Notes: generated by a model not told the origin, from the letters alone. DNA of 64,000 nucleotides from an uncultured Verrucomicrobiae bacterium (GCA_963762565.1 CAVXLD010000003.1:1-64000); one strand, 5' to 3'; shown: positions 44,185 through 54,445, numbered from the stretch's first letter. Numbers and translations are program-made.

Positions 44185-44914
44185 ATGAGTGAATCAGATG
44201 GAACGGTTCGGTCGTTGAGTAGAGGCTTCGTTAAGGATTATACAGATCTCCTTGCGTATCGGACGAGTTTTAAGCTGAGCAAAGAAATTTTTGAAGTGAC
44301 GAAGCAATTTCCTAAAGAAGAGATGTACTCTTTAACCGACCAGTTTCGCCGGGCTATAAGGTCGGTGGGAGCCAACATTGCAGACGCCTGGGGTAAACGA
44401 CGGTACGAGAAGCATTTCGTAAGTAAGCTTACCGACGCAGATGCCGAACGCTTAGAGGCGCAGCATAAGTGTACCGTCTCGCATATAATGGTGACATCGT
44501 TGCGATCAAAATGGGCCGCCGGCAAGGCGCGAGGAGGGCGCATATCTGGATCGATACGTAACCGACGAGCAACGCAGCCGCCGGCCCATTTTCATCGCAA
44601 CCCTCCGGGCCGTGGCCAGTTGGCTGTTTTTCCGCGTTGCTCGCTCCTCACGTATCAATTCAGATATGCTCGTCGTTCGCGCCTTGAAAAACAGCCAACT
44701 GACCGGCGGCGATGTCGCCATTATATGCGAGACGGTACACCAGCTCAGAACCTCTTATACCTGCGAATATCTTACTAACGATCAGGCCGAGAAAATGAAC
44801 GAAAGATTACTAGAAATCGGGCGCCTTTTAAATGGCATGATCGAAAGATCATCCGCTTTTGTCATTGGAGATGATCGCGTGCGGGAGGACCCTTCGATCG
44901 ACGAATTCTTTTAG
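44185..44914 (+). pseudogene. Four-helix-bundle protein (23S-rRNA-IVP/S23-like family) interrupted by a MITE
   Basis: FPKEEMYSLTDQFRRAIRSVGANIADAW.KRRYEKHFVSKLTDADAE..QH | MITE | ..CEYL..EIGRLLNGMI. Confidence 0.88.
44469..44740. mobile_element. ~272-bp MITE, same family as 23409-23679
   Basis: TIRs gtgtaccgtctcgcatataatgg / ccattatatgcgagacggtacac; internal body near-identical to the first copy. Confidence 0.9.
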
Positions 44915-44930
44915 CTTAGAGACGTCGAGC

Positions 44931-44983
44931 GCTGCTTACTGCTTACCGCTTACCGCTTACTATTTACTGCTCACCGCTTACTA
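44931..44983. repeat. Inverted heptamer array (TTACTGC/TTACCGC)n
   Basis: Reverse complement of the 44076-44177 array. Confidence 0.9.
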
Positions 44984-44985
44984 AT

Positions 44986-45612
44986 ATGCCCCAGGCTGAG
45001 CCAACGGTTTTCATTGTCGATGATGACGCGCAGATGCGCGAGTCACTGAGGAACCTCATTCGGTCGGTTGGGCTGCGAGTTGAGCTGTTCGCATCGGCTC
45101 AAGAGTTTGTGCAAAGCCAGCATCCGGACGCGCCCAGTTGCCTGGTGCTCGATGTGCGTATGCCGGGGCTGAGCGGTCTCGACTTGCAGAAACAAGCTTC
45201 CGAGGCCGATCTGGAAATTCCCATCATTTTCATGACTGGGCACGGCGATATCCCGATGTCGGTACGTGCGATGAAGGCCGGAGCGGTTGAGTTCTTAACT
45301 AAGCCTTTTCGTGACCAGGATCTGCTCGACGCAATTCAGGAGGCGCTGGACCGAAGCCGGAAAGCTCGCGAGCAACAGGCGGTAACCGACGAGCTGCGCC
45401 GGCGTTTTGCATCGCTTACTCCGCGCGAGCGCGAAGTCATGGAAAGAGTGGTGGCAGGCCTGCTCAATAAGCAGATTGGAGCAGAACTCGGTACCAGCGA
45501 AACCACCGTCAAAATTCAACGCCATCAAGTGATGGAGAAGATGGGAGCCGGTTCGTTGCCCGAGCTGGTCAGGATGGCCGATAGACTCGGAATAATAGTA
45601 CGAAAGGCGTAG
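44986..45612 (+). CDS. FixJ/NodW-family response regulator
   Basis: [31 protein letters not shown]. Confidence 0.95.
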   Translation: MPQAEPTVFIVDDDAQMRESLRNLIRSVGLRVELFASAQEFVQSQHPDAPSCLVLDVRMPGLSGLDLQKQASEADLEIPIIFMTGHGDIPMSVRAMKAGAVEFLTKPFRDQDLLDAIQEALDRSRKAREQQAVTDELRRRFASLTPREREVMERVVAGLLNKQIGAELGTSETTVKIQRHQVMEKMGAGSLPELVRMADRLGIIVRKA

Positions 45613-45743
45613 TCGCCTTTACCAAGGAAGAGTAGAAATTCTCGCTTTTTAACGTCACTGTGCTGCTGTCAGCCTGCATTGCGCACGGATCCCGGAAGGC
45701 AAGTTAGCAATCGAGGCTAACGATGTTTGAATAAACGCAGGCT

Positions 45744-46115
45744 ATGGCAAGTATTCCGCTTATTTCGATCGTGGACGATGACGACACCCTCAGAAGATCG
45801 CTCGACAACCTCATCCGATCAGCCGGCTTGCGCGCTCGGGGGTTCTGTTCGGCTGAAGCGTTCCTGAAATCAAATCAACTGGGTGAGACCGACTGTCTGC
45901 TGCTTGATGTATGCCTACCAGGAATGAGCGGACCAGAGCTCCAACGTCAGCTGGCTACGGCCAATTCCGACGTGCCGATCATTTTTATGACCGCGCATGA
46001 AAGTGGACATCAACGAACGCAAGCTCTCGCAGCGGGTGCAGTGGCGTTTTTGAATAAGCCCTTTGATGAGGAAGATCTACTTAACGCAATTGATAAAGCT
46101 TTGAAAAACATATGA
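45744..46115 (+). CDS. Stand-alone receiver-domain protein
   Basis: IVDDDD, LLDVCLP, FMTA, KPF. Confidence 0.92.
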   Translation: MASIPLISIVDDDDTLRRSLDNLIRSAGLRARGFCSAEAFLKSNQLGETDCLLLDVCLPGMSGPELQRQLATANSDVPIIFMTAHESGHQRTQALAAGAVAFLNKPFDEEDLLNAIDKALKNI

Positions 46116-46171
46116 TGCCAAACAGTTAGGCTTGTTCGCGAGAAACTTGCGGCTGGCCGGAAAGGTTAACC

Positions 46172-47596
46172 ATGAACACGCATAATCCATTCGTCTGTGT
46201 AGTCGATGACGACGCTTTGATTCGGGAAAGCCTGTGGAATTTGTTCCGCTCGGCCGGACTGAGAGTACAGACATTTGCTTCGGCACAGGAGTTTCTGACC
46301 AGCCGGCGTTCGGAAAGTCCCAGCTGTATCGTGCTCGATGTACGAATGCCGGGAATAACTGGTCTTGAGCTGCAACGAGAACTTGGCGCCGATTCTCAGA
46401 TCCCCATTATATTCATGACGGGTCACGGCGACATTCCAACGAGTGTTCGTGCCATGAAGGCGGGAGCTTTTGAATTTCTTACTAAGCCCTGCAGCGATGT
46501 GGATCTGCTTCGTACCGTAAACCAGGCGATTCAGCGTGGGGCGCTAGTCGAAAAAGGGGAAACCGCTGAAGGCGGAACCTGCTCAGAAGAGAAGCCGGGC
46601 CAGGAAACGGATTTTTCGGAGATCGTGGGCGGGAGTCCAGCGTTGCGTAACGTGTTGCGCCAGGTCGCGATGGTTGCCGCGAGCAATGCGACCGTCTTGA
46701 TCTTGGGTGAAACTGGAACCGGGAAAGAGCTCATCACGCGCGCCATTCACCAACACAGCCTGCGGAGAGACAAGCCTCTGGTTCGGGTCAATTGCAGCTC
46801 AATACCAAAAGAATTGTTCGAAAGCGAGTTCTTCGGGCACGTCAGAGGTGCGTTTACTAGCGCGGTGAGAGACCGAATTGGGCGATTCGAGGCGGCCTGT
46901 GGTGGAACTCTGTTTCTAGACGAGGTTGGCGAAATTCCACTGGAACTACAAAGCAAATTGCTTCGTGTGCTGCAGGAGAAGTCTTACGAAAGGGTAGGAG
47001 ATACTACAAGCAGAACCGCGGATGTTCGAATCGTCGCCGCGACTAACCGGGATCTCAAAAAAGAGATCGAAGCCGGCCGCTTCCGGGAAGATCTTTATTA
47101 TCGATTGAATGTTTTTCCAATTAAAGTGGTACCGCTTCGGGACCGCAAAGACGATATTCCATTGCTCGCATCCCATTTTATTGAGACAGCAGTAAAAGAA
47201 CTCAAGTGTCCGAGACCGAGGTTGACTCAAGCCGGGATAGAGACGCTGCTCAACTACGATTGGCCGGGCAACATCCGCGAGTTATGTAATGTGATTCAAA
47301 GAGCTGCTATCTTTGCCCAAGGTGGTGCTTTGCAGTTTGATCTGCCAATGAGTAACACGTCGGCGGAACTAACCTCCCGGGAGCCGGCGAATGGCGGCAA
47401 CAGCGATGCCGGATACGTAACCGAAGCTGAAATACGCCGCCGCGAACGGGAGAATCTTTCCATTGTGCTCCACAAGACGGGCTGGAAAATCAAAGGTATC
47501 GGCGGAGCCGCCGAGCTTTTGGGGGTGAGTCCCACTACTCTGTCTGCCCGGATAGAAAAGATGGGTTTCAGACGGCCTAGCACAGCACACTCTTGA
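46172..47596 (+). CDS. Sigma-54-type enhancer-binding response regulator (GAFTSA variant)
   Basis: Paralog of 36278-37720; [29 protein letters not shown]. Confidence 0.94.
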   Translation: MNTHNPFVCVVDDDALIRESLWNLFRSAGLRVQTFASAQEFLTSRRSESPSCIVLDVRMPGITGLELQRELGADSQIPIIFMTGHGDIPTSVRAMKAGAFEFLTKPCSDVDLLRTVNQAIQRGALVEKGETAEGGTCSEEKPGQETDFSEIVGGSPALRNVLRQVAMVAASNATVLILGETGTGKELITRAIHQHSLRRDKPLVRVNCSSIPKELFESEFFGHVRGAFTSAVRDRIGRFEAACGGTLFLDEVGEIPLELQSKLLRVLQEKSYERVGDTTSRTADVRIVAATNRDLKKEIEAGRFREDLYYRLNVFPIKVVPLRDRKDDIPLLASHFIETAVKELKCPRPRLTQAGIETLLNYDWPGNIRELCNVIQRAAIFAQGGALQFDLPMSNTSAELTSREPANGGNSDAGYVTEAEIRRRERENLSIVLHKTGWKIKGIGGAAELLGVSPTTLSARIEKMGFRRPSTAHS

Positions 47597-47705
47597 AAAG
47601 CCTAGTCTTTGCTTAGCGGTGAACTAAGGCGAGTCTTTACGACCCGGACGTCTCTCGGCCAAATGATGCGGCAGCTGCGCGTGCGCGCAAACATAAGGCG
47701 AAGCC

Positions 47706-47894
47706 GTGGAGCGTTGCCTCGCTTGCGAGGCCGATGGTGAGCGGAGCTGACAGGGTAACGGTTGTACGTCGGCAGGCTGGGCTGTTGACCGCAATGAAGC
47801 GGGGCGCTGAGACATAAAGCGTTTGGTCGAAACCAGGCCTGCCTCGCGATTTCCCCCTGTTCATCATCGGCCTCGCAAGCGAGGCAGCGCTCCA
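47706..47894. repeat. REP doublet / inverted repeat
   Basis: gtggagcgttgcctcgcttgcgaggccgatg ... catcggcctcgcaagcgaggcagcgctcca; a single arm also at ~54490-54516. Confidence 0.8.
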
Positions 47895-47928
47895 TGGGGC
47901 AATGATCCGACAGCCGCCGGACGGTACG

Positions 47929-48110
47929 CCTCCTACTCATGACTCGACGCACTCGTTTAATGCCGGTCGTTTCAAACCAATCTTTTGTATCCGGGCGAAC
48001 AAAGTGGTGGGACTCAGCCCCGGAAGCTCTGCGGCTCCGTCGGCGCCTTTGATTTTCCAGCCAGCCTTCTGCAGCACAGCGAAAAGGTTTTGGCCTTCGC
48101 GGCGTCGAAT
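47929..48110 (-). pseudogene. Duplicated C-terminal HTH fragment of the 36278-37720 activator
   Basis: Direct repeat of ~36270-36450, encoding ..KAGWKIKGADGAAEL..SPTTLFAR..GLKRPALNECVES*. Confidence 0.85.
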
Positions 48111-48432
48111 TTCTGTCGAAATCGCTCCCCGGGGCAACGAAATCACGGGAGGGACAGTATCACCGGTACGAAAACCGGCCCGTTTCAAAAATCGTCCTGG
48201 ACCGGCAGGGCGCACGCGCCTCAAGGGAAAGGAGCAGATCCATTCCGCCCGTTGGTAATGCACCTGATGGACAGCAATTAGCAGCTGAAAATCGAGATTG
48301 GCACGCAACCTGTTCTATGGGTTTGGCAACTGCAACTTTAAGACGTTCAACTAACTAACCTTCATTGCTTCAGCAACTGTTCCCAAAGCCTCGTTCTCAC
48401 TTCGCAAACATCGCTATCAGGACGAACATAGT

Positions 48433-50772
48433 ATGAACAGCACACAAAAGCCGGTCGCAATTGTAACGGGAGCTTCCAGCGGAATCGGCCTCGGCCTTAC
48501 GCTGGCGCTCATCAAACAGAGCTACGATGTGGCGGGAACGTCTCTGAGTAACAGCAAGTCTAAGGAGCTGAAAGCGTCTTCTGAAGCATCCGCCCAACAA
48601 CTTGAGTGGAAGGACCGCATGTTCGTGGTGCACGCCTTGAAGGTCGGGCTGGCCGGTGTTCTCTCGCTATTTGTCGCCCAAGCTCTTCGTCTGCAATACC
48701 CCGAGTGGGCTCCGTTCACCGTGATGGTATTAATGATGGTGCATCCGCATCCTGGGTCGATCGCACTCAAGTCGCTCTTCCGGTTGGTCGGCACCCTGGC
48801 TGGCGCCAGCCTGGCTGTCTGGCTGGTGAGCGACTACTTATCTGCTCCCATCTTCTTTTTGAGTGTGACGTTCCTGGTTATGAGTTTGGCCAGTTACAAG
48901 GTGGGCCAGCTCGGCTCAGGGATGCCTCCTTATCTCTATTTCTTGATCGGGGTCACCCTGATTATCGTCGAAAGCAGCGCCCTAACCCAACCGGACCAGG
49001 CCTGGTTTATTGCACTTAGCCGCGTCGAAGAAACCTTTGTCGGAATCGGGGCTGTTTTAATTGTGAATTCATTGTTCCGGCCGCGGAGTCCGCGGCATGA
49101 ATTTCAGCAAGTCGCGCGCTCCGCGGTCGATCAACTTGAGCATCTAACCAATGCTGAGCTCCAAAACATCAAGGAAGGAATTGGTTTTAGTTCTGAAGTA
49201 ATGGAGGGGCAAACCGCCGTGCTGCGGAAGCTCCTGTCGCTGGACAGCCTTTTGCTAGCTGAACGACGTGAAAGCTTATACTTCAGAGCCAATACGGCTG
49301 TTCTTCAAAAAGTCCTAAATTCACTTCGAAACCTTTTCCAAGCCGTATCTATTCTGAGCCGATCGGGGCTTGACTGGAAAGTGCTAGACGGACGATTCCG
49401 GAACCAATTGGAAGCGGCCCAAGATTTATTGAAGCACGGCTTCGCGAACGTTGGGCGCACCTCGGATCCGTCTATCCTCGCGACTGCGTTCCAAACGTTG
49501 GATGACGAAATCAATCACTGGGGTCGAGCCGGTGAGCTTCAGGAGCTGCCGGCCGATCAACTAGCGGCTTATTTGCGTTGTTGGAATGCTTTTCGCCGCA
49601 TGCAGAATGAGTTGGTGAGCCTCTACGATTTGCCGAACCAGTTACAGCGCTCCGAGCCAGACACGGTGCTTCCATCTCATCCCTCTAGGACTCAGCGGAA
49701 AATCGATCGACGTCTGGTCATTGTTGGAGTCAAAGGAGGGCTGGTCACTGTCGTCAGCTTATTTTTAGTTGAATGGCTTCATCTGCCGGGAGGGAGCATT
49801 TTGCCAGTCGCCGCCTGGCTGGCAGTAATTTTTACCTCCTACCAAATCCCCTCCGGACGTCCAGGACATATCCGGGCGTTTCGCAACCTGCTGCTGATGG
49901 CTTTATACGGAATCGTGGCATTCCTTGGCTTACTCGTGCTGACACCTTTCCTGTCGAACTACTGGTTCATGAATCTAATCCTGTTCTGCATTCTGTTTGC
50001 CCATGGTTATTTCGCCTCGAAGACTTCCGGGCTGGCCTTCTGGATGTTAGGAACGATTTTCCTCGCTTTGGTTCTAGTCGCTCTCAATACGCAAAAGCCA
50101 GTTCTCTTCGCAGAGATTGTGGAGAGCTGCTTAGGGGTGATAACCGGCTTTACCGTGGGCGTGACCATAGCGCGGGTGTTATGGCCAAGATTGCCCCAGA
50201 AAGAGTTGAAAGAAGCTACCGTCCGATTTTGTGACGCTGCCAAATCGGCTTTGGCCGAGAACCCGGCTGAGTCAATGCGCAGTATCAATTCTACCCTGTC
50301 GGCTCTGCCATTGGACATCGCCCGAACAACGGCAGTACTCGGAGTCAACGGTTTTCTACGGCAAGAACAGGCGAAATGGACCCGGCTGATTCCCGTTTTG
50401 ATGTGCATATCGGCCCAACTGCCGCGTCTGACATCGATTCGGGGCAAGTTCATCGATTCCCAAGAATTAGGGTTCTATTTGGATGGTTTGCACCAGGATT
50501 TTAGAACCTGGATGGATGCTCTCGGCCGTTTTTTTCGCCAGCCAGACAGCCAGAAGGCTCTACCTTCTGTTCAAGGCCTAATTAACCACCTGAAGCAGAG
50601 GCTAGAAGGCCTGACCGTAACTGATCCATCGCATCCGTCTTCGAATAGTTCGGCGCCCGAAACCTTAATAGATGTGCATGAGTATTTGGTGACGGCGGAG
50701 CTCATGCGGCTGTGCGGTGACATCGCTTCAAGCCTCCGGTTAGCCGAGTACTCAGGAGACTACTTCCTCTAG
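48433..50772 (+). CDS. FUSC-family (AaeB/YdhK-like) efflux membrane protein with an N-terminal SDR fragment
   Basis: First ~49 aa PVAIVTGASSGIGLG; then KSLFRLVGTLAGA, ALSRVEETFVGI and a duplicated TM/cytoplasmic module ending LWP. Confidence 0.85.
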   Translation: MNSTQKPVAIVTGASSGIGLGLTLALIKQSYDVAGTSLSNSKSKELKASSEASAQQLEWKDRMFVVHALKVGLAGVLSLFVAQALRLQYPEWAPFTVMVLMMVHPHPGSIALKSLFRLVGTLAGASLAVWLVSDYLSAPIFFLSVTFLVMSLASYKVGQLGSGMPPYLYFLIGVTLIIVESSALTQPDQAWFIALSRVEETFVGIGAVLIVNSLFRPRSPRHEFQQVARSAVDQLEHLTNAELQNIKEGIGFSSEVMEGQTAVLRKLLSLDSLLLAERRESLYFRANTAVLQKVLNSLRNLFQAVSILSRSGLDWKVLDGRFRNQLEAAQDLLKHGFANVGRTSDPSILATAFQTLDDEINHWGRAGELQELPADQLAAYLRCWNAFRRMQNELVSLYDLPNQLQRSEPDTVLPSHPSRTQRKIDRRLVIVGVKGGLVTVVSLFLVEWLHLPGGSILPVAAWLAVIFTSYQIPSGRPGHIRAFRNLLLMALYGIVAFLGLLVLTPFLSNYWFMNLILFCILFAHGYFASKTSGLAFWMLGTIFLALVLVALNTQKPVLFAEIVESCLGVITGFTVGVTIARVLWPRLPQKELKEATVRFCDAAKSALAENPAESMRSINSTLSALPLDIARTTAVLGVNGFLRQEQAKWTRLIPVLMCISAQLPRLTSIRGKFIDSQELGFYLDGLHQDFRTWMDALGRFFRQPDSQKALPSVQGLINHLKQRLEGLTVTDPSHPSSNSSAPETLIDVHEYLVTAELMRLCGDIASSLRLAEYSGDYFL

Positions 50773-50855
50773 AGGTTATACTGAAAACTCCGACCAGATT
50801 TTATGATCTTACTTCCCACACACTATAAACAATTGAGTCGTAAATCTTACTGCTT

Positions 50856-51065
50856 ATGAACGTATCACATCCCGAGTTCAACATTCTCGGTTTTCTCGTC
50901 CCTTTGAGTTTGGTAGCCGGAGTCGTCGGCTTCGTGATAGCTTGGTTTATCGTTGCTATTCTAGAGCGTTTTCGACTCACTCGCTATTTCGGAAACATCT
51001 CGCTCTTCTTTATCGCGTTGAGCGTCCTGTTGGCTGGCTTAACAGATTGGTTGGTGAATCTATGA
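50856..51065 (+). CDS. DUF1656/AaeX-like small membrane protein
   Basis: PEFNILGFLVP..RLTRYF...LFFIAL, between FUSC and HlyD genes. Confidence 0.8.
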   Translation: MNVSHPEFNILGFLVPLSLVAGVVGFVIAWFIVAILERFRLTRYFGNISLFFIALSVLLAGLTDWLVNL

Positions 51066-51964
51066 TTAAAAAGATATTGGCTTATGGCTTCACGGTGGCG
51101 ATTGCTGCGGCTGCCGGTTGGATCATTTGGACTGAATATCATCATTATACGGATGATCCCTGGACCCGAGATGGGCAAGTCCGCGCCAACGTGGTGGGCA
51201 TCGCCCCGCGGGTGCCCGGACCGATCATCCGGATTGCTGTGATTGATAATCAGCAGGTTAAGCGGGGAGATCTTCTTTTTGAGATTGATCCCGCGGATTA
51301 CAGTGCCGCCGTTGAGCAGGCTAAGGCACAGGTACTGGCTGCAGAGGCAGACTTAACGGAGAAGAAGCAGGAGCTAGACAGACAGACTGCGTTGTTTCAG
51401 AAGAAGGTAAATCCCTTGAAGGATTACCAGGACGCGCAGGATAATTGCGACACGGCGAAAGCTAATCTCGCTGCAGCGAAAGCGAATCTACTAACGGCTC
51501 AACTGAGACTTAGTTACACGAAGATTTATGCGACGGTGAACGGCGAGGTAACGAACCTGGATGTCAGCGAGGGCGCCTATGCATCGACGGGAGAGCAAAT
51601 TATGGCGCTGGTAGACAGGGATTCGTACTGGATCGCCGCGTATTTTAAGGAAACGCAACTCCGCCACATCTCTACTGGTGATACCGCGATAATCTCCCTG
51701 ATGGGGAATGAAGATCAACCTTTTACGGGCAGAGTTCGCAGCGTGGGTTGGGGCATCTTTGTGACGGACGGTTCGGCAGGTCAAGGCACAGCCTTGCTGC
51801 CCTCGGTCAGTCCTACAATCGACTGGGTCCGACTACCACAGAGGTTTCCAGTACGCATTCAGGTCGCCAATTCGGGGCGCACCGAGCTGCGAATGGGGCA
51901 GACTGCCTCGGTCACAATTTCGCACGGTGCACGGGCAGAAAATATGAGCATTACTGCCAACTAA
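51062..51964 (+). CDS. HlyD/AaeA-family membrane fusion protein
   Basis: PWTRDGQVRA, LFEIDP, YFKETQL, WVRLPQRFPVRI. Confidence 0.93.
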   Translation: MIKKILAYGFTVAIAAAAGWIIWTEYHHYTDDPWTRDGQVRANVVGIAPRVPGPIIRIAVIDNQQVKRGDLLFEIDPADYSAAVEQAKAQVLAAEADLTEKKQELDRQTALFQKKVNPLKDYQDAQDNCDTAKANLAAAKANLLTAQLRLSYTKIYATVNGEVTNLDVSEGAYASTGEQIMALVDRDSYWIAAYFKETQLRHISTGDTAIISLMGNEDQPFTGRVRSVGWGIFVTDGSAGQGTALLPSVSPTIDWVRLPQRFPVRIQVANSGRTELRMGQTASVTISHGARAENMSITAN

Positions 51965-51974
51965 ACTGATATCT

Positions 51975-52925
51975 ATGGAGACGACAACAGAACGCGACAA
52001 CCTTTGCTATACGAAGATACCCCTCACACATGGATCGGGTGTGATCCCCGCACTAGGTTTTGGCACACTGATTCCCGACCCCGCCGACACCGTGAAGGCG
52101 ACCATCGCCGCGCTGGAAGCAGGATTTCGTCAACTCGATACCGCAGACCGATACCGAAATGAAAAACAGGTAGGCGAGGGCATGCAGAAGGTGTTCAAGC
52201 AGGGGAAGATTAAACGAGAAGACGTGTTTGTTGCCGCGAAACTCTGGAACACCAACCACCGTCCGGAACGGGTCAGACCCGCTTTCGATGCGAGTCTAAA
52301 GCGACTCCAACTCGACTACGTCGACCTCTATTTACCCCACACTCCGTTTGCCTTTCAACCTGGAGAGGAGCAAGACCCGAGGGACGAGAACGGCAAAGTA
52401 ATTTATGATGATGGGGTGACGTTGGTGGATACCTGGCGAGCTTTGGAGAGTCTCGTCGACGAGGGCAGGTGCAGGGCCATCGGATTGTCGGACGTGAGTT
52501 TGGAACAGGTGAAAGAGATTTTTGAATCCGCGAGAGTAAAGCCTGCCGTTGTTCACGTAGAAGCCCATCCCTATCTCCCAGAATGGGAGTTGCTCGAGTT
52601 CTGCCAGCAGAATGGTATCGTGCTCCAAGCTTTTTCGGCCTTGGGTCATAGTTCAGAACCCAAGTTGGTAGACGATCCTGTCGTTACCTCAATCGCCAAG
52701 AGGGTGCACAAAACCCCTAGCCAAGTGCTACTCGCATGGGGGGTGCAACGCGGCACTGCCCTCCTTACCAAATCCAAAACCCCGAGCCGCATCAAGGAGA
52801 ACTTTGATATCTCCAGGCTTCCCGAAGACGCAATGAAAGAGATTAGTGAGGGAATCCAGACCCGGCAAAGATTTAACTCAGTCGTGGAGACGGGGGTGCC
52901 CGGGTATATTCCAAGAGGAAGATGA
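51975..52925 (+). CDS. Aldo/keto reductase (copy 1)
   Basis: GFGT, DTADRYRNE, KLW, LDYVDLYL.H, IGLSD. Confidence 0.95.
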   Translation: METTTERDNLCYTKIPLTHGSGVIPALGFGTLIPDPADTVKATIAALEAGFRQLDTADRYRNEKQVGEGMQKVFKQGKIKREDVFVAAKLWNTNHRPERVRPAFDASLKRLQLDYVDLYLPHTPFAFQPGEEQDPRDENGKVIYDDGVTLVDTWRALESLVDEGRCRAIGLSDVSLEQVKEIFESARVKPAVVHVEAHPYLPEWELLEFCQQNGIVLQAFSALGHSSEPKLVDDPVVTSIAKRVHKTPSQVLLAWGVQRGTALLTKSKTPSRIKENFDISRLPEDAMKEISEGIQTRQRFNSVVETGVPGYIPRGR

Positions 52926-53081
52926 ATCATTCAGTCCCTCGGGGACAAAGGTTTCCCGTACGCATTCAGGTCGCCAATTCGGGGCGAACCGAGCTGCGAA
53001 TGGGTGAGACTGCCTCGGTGACAATTTCGCACGGTGCACGGGCAGAAAATGTGAGCGTTATTCCTTAACCAACTGAGACAT

Positions 53082-54032
53082 ATGGAAATGACAACAGAAC
53101 CCGACAACCTTCGCTATACGACGATACCCCTCGCGCATGGATCTGGTGCGATCCCCGCGTTAGGTTTTGGCACACTGATTCCCGACCCCGTCGAAACCAT
53201 AAAGGCGACCATAGCCGCCCTGGAAGCGGGATTTCGGCAACTCGACTCTGCAGAACGATACCGAAATGAAAAAGAGGTAGGCGAAGCCGTACAGGAGGTA
53301 TTCAAGGAGGGGAAGATTAAGCGAGAGGATGTGTTTATTGCCACGAAACTCTGGAACAGCAACCACCGCCCTAAACGGGTCAAACCGGCTTTCGATGGGA
53401 GTCTAAAGCGACTCCAACTCGACTACGTCGACCTTTATTTGATCCACACCCCGTTTGCCTTTCAACCGGGAGACGAGCAAGACCCGAGGGACGAGAATGG
53501 CAAAGTGATTTATGACGAAGGGATAACGTTGCTGGATACGTGGCGGGCGTTGGAGAGTCTGGTGGATGAGGGCAGGTGTAAGGCTATCGGTTTGTCGGAC
53601 GTGACTCTGGAACAGACCAAAGAGATTTTTGAGTCCGCCAGGATAAAGCCCGCCGTGGTTCACGTAGAATCGCATCCCTATCTCCCGCAGTGGGACCTGG
53701 TCGAGTTCTGCCAACAGAACGGTATCGTGTTCCAGGCTTTTGCGGCCTTAGGTCATAGTTCAGACCCCAGGTTGTTGGATGATCCTGTGATTACCTCCAT
53801 CGCCAAGAGAGTGAACAAGACCCCGGCCCAAGTGCTGCTCGCATGGGCGATACAACGCGGCACGGCCCTACTTACCACTTCCAAAACCCCGAGCCGCATC
53901 AAAGAGAACTTTGATATCTCCACGCTCCCTGAAGACGCGATGAAAGAGATTAGTGAAGGCATCACGACGCGGCAAAGATTTAACGCAGTCGTGGAGACCG
54001 GCGTCCCCGGGTTTATTCCAAGAGGAAGGTGA
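53082..54032 (+). CDS. Aldo/keto reductase (copy 2, tandem duplicate)
   Basis: Collinear 316-aa paralog of copy 1. Confidence 0.95.
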   Translation: MEMTTEPDNLRYTTIPLAHGSGAIPALGFGTLIPDPVETIKATIAALEAGFRQLDSAERYRNEKEVGEAVQEVFKEGKIKREDVFIATKLWNSNHRPKRVKPAFDGSLKRLQLDYVDLYLIHTPFAFQPGDEQDPRDENGKVIYDEGITLLDTWRALESLVDEGRCKAIGLSDVTLEQTKEIFESARIKPAVVHVESHPYLPQWDLVEFCQQNGIVFQAFAALGHSSDPRLLDDPVITSIAKRVNKTPAQVLLAWAIQRGTALLTTSKTPSRIKENFDISTLPEDAMKEISEGITTRQRFNAVVETGVPGFIPRGR

Positions 54033-54034
54033 AC

Positions 54035-54445
54035 ATGAACGAACAGCAAGTAGAGCAGTCCATGCAAGAAGAGCAAATACGCGAAGCCCTGGACGGGCAC
54101 TGGCAGGCGTCGGCAGCCGGCGATGCCAACGCGGAACACGATATTTACGATGACGATGCCATCTGTGATTATCCGCAGTCAGGCGAGCGAATCCTCGGAC
54201 GAAGAAATTTGCAAGCCTTGCGAAGTCATCATCCCGGCAAGCCGTCAGGCTTTAACGTCCGGCGAATTATCGGAAACGGTGATCTCTGGATCACGGAATA
54301 CACCATCACGTACCAAGGGCGACCAGCGTACACCGTGAGTATTATGGAGTTCCGCAACGGAAAGGTCGTTCACGAGACACAATATTTTGCGGATCCCTTC
54401 GAAGCGCCGGCCTGGCGGAGCCAATGGGTTCAGCAGATTCAGTGA
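54035..54445 (+). CDS. SnoaL/NTF2-like protein
   Basis: HDIYDDDAICDYPQSGERI.G..SIMEFRNGKVVHETQYF. Confidence 0.88.
   Translation: MNEQQVEQSMQEEQIREALDGHWQASAAGDANAEHDIYDDDAICDYPQSGERILGRRNLQALRSHHPGKPSGFNVRRIIGNGDLWITEYTITYQGRPAYTVSIMEFRNGKVVHETQYFADPFEAPAWRSQWVQQIQ

Noticed and set aside
44185..44914. Diversity-generating retroelement (Avd-like fold)
   Set aside because: No reverse transcriptase and no TR/VR pair with adenine-specific mismatches in the window.
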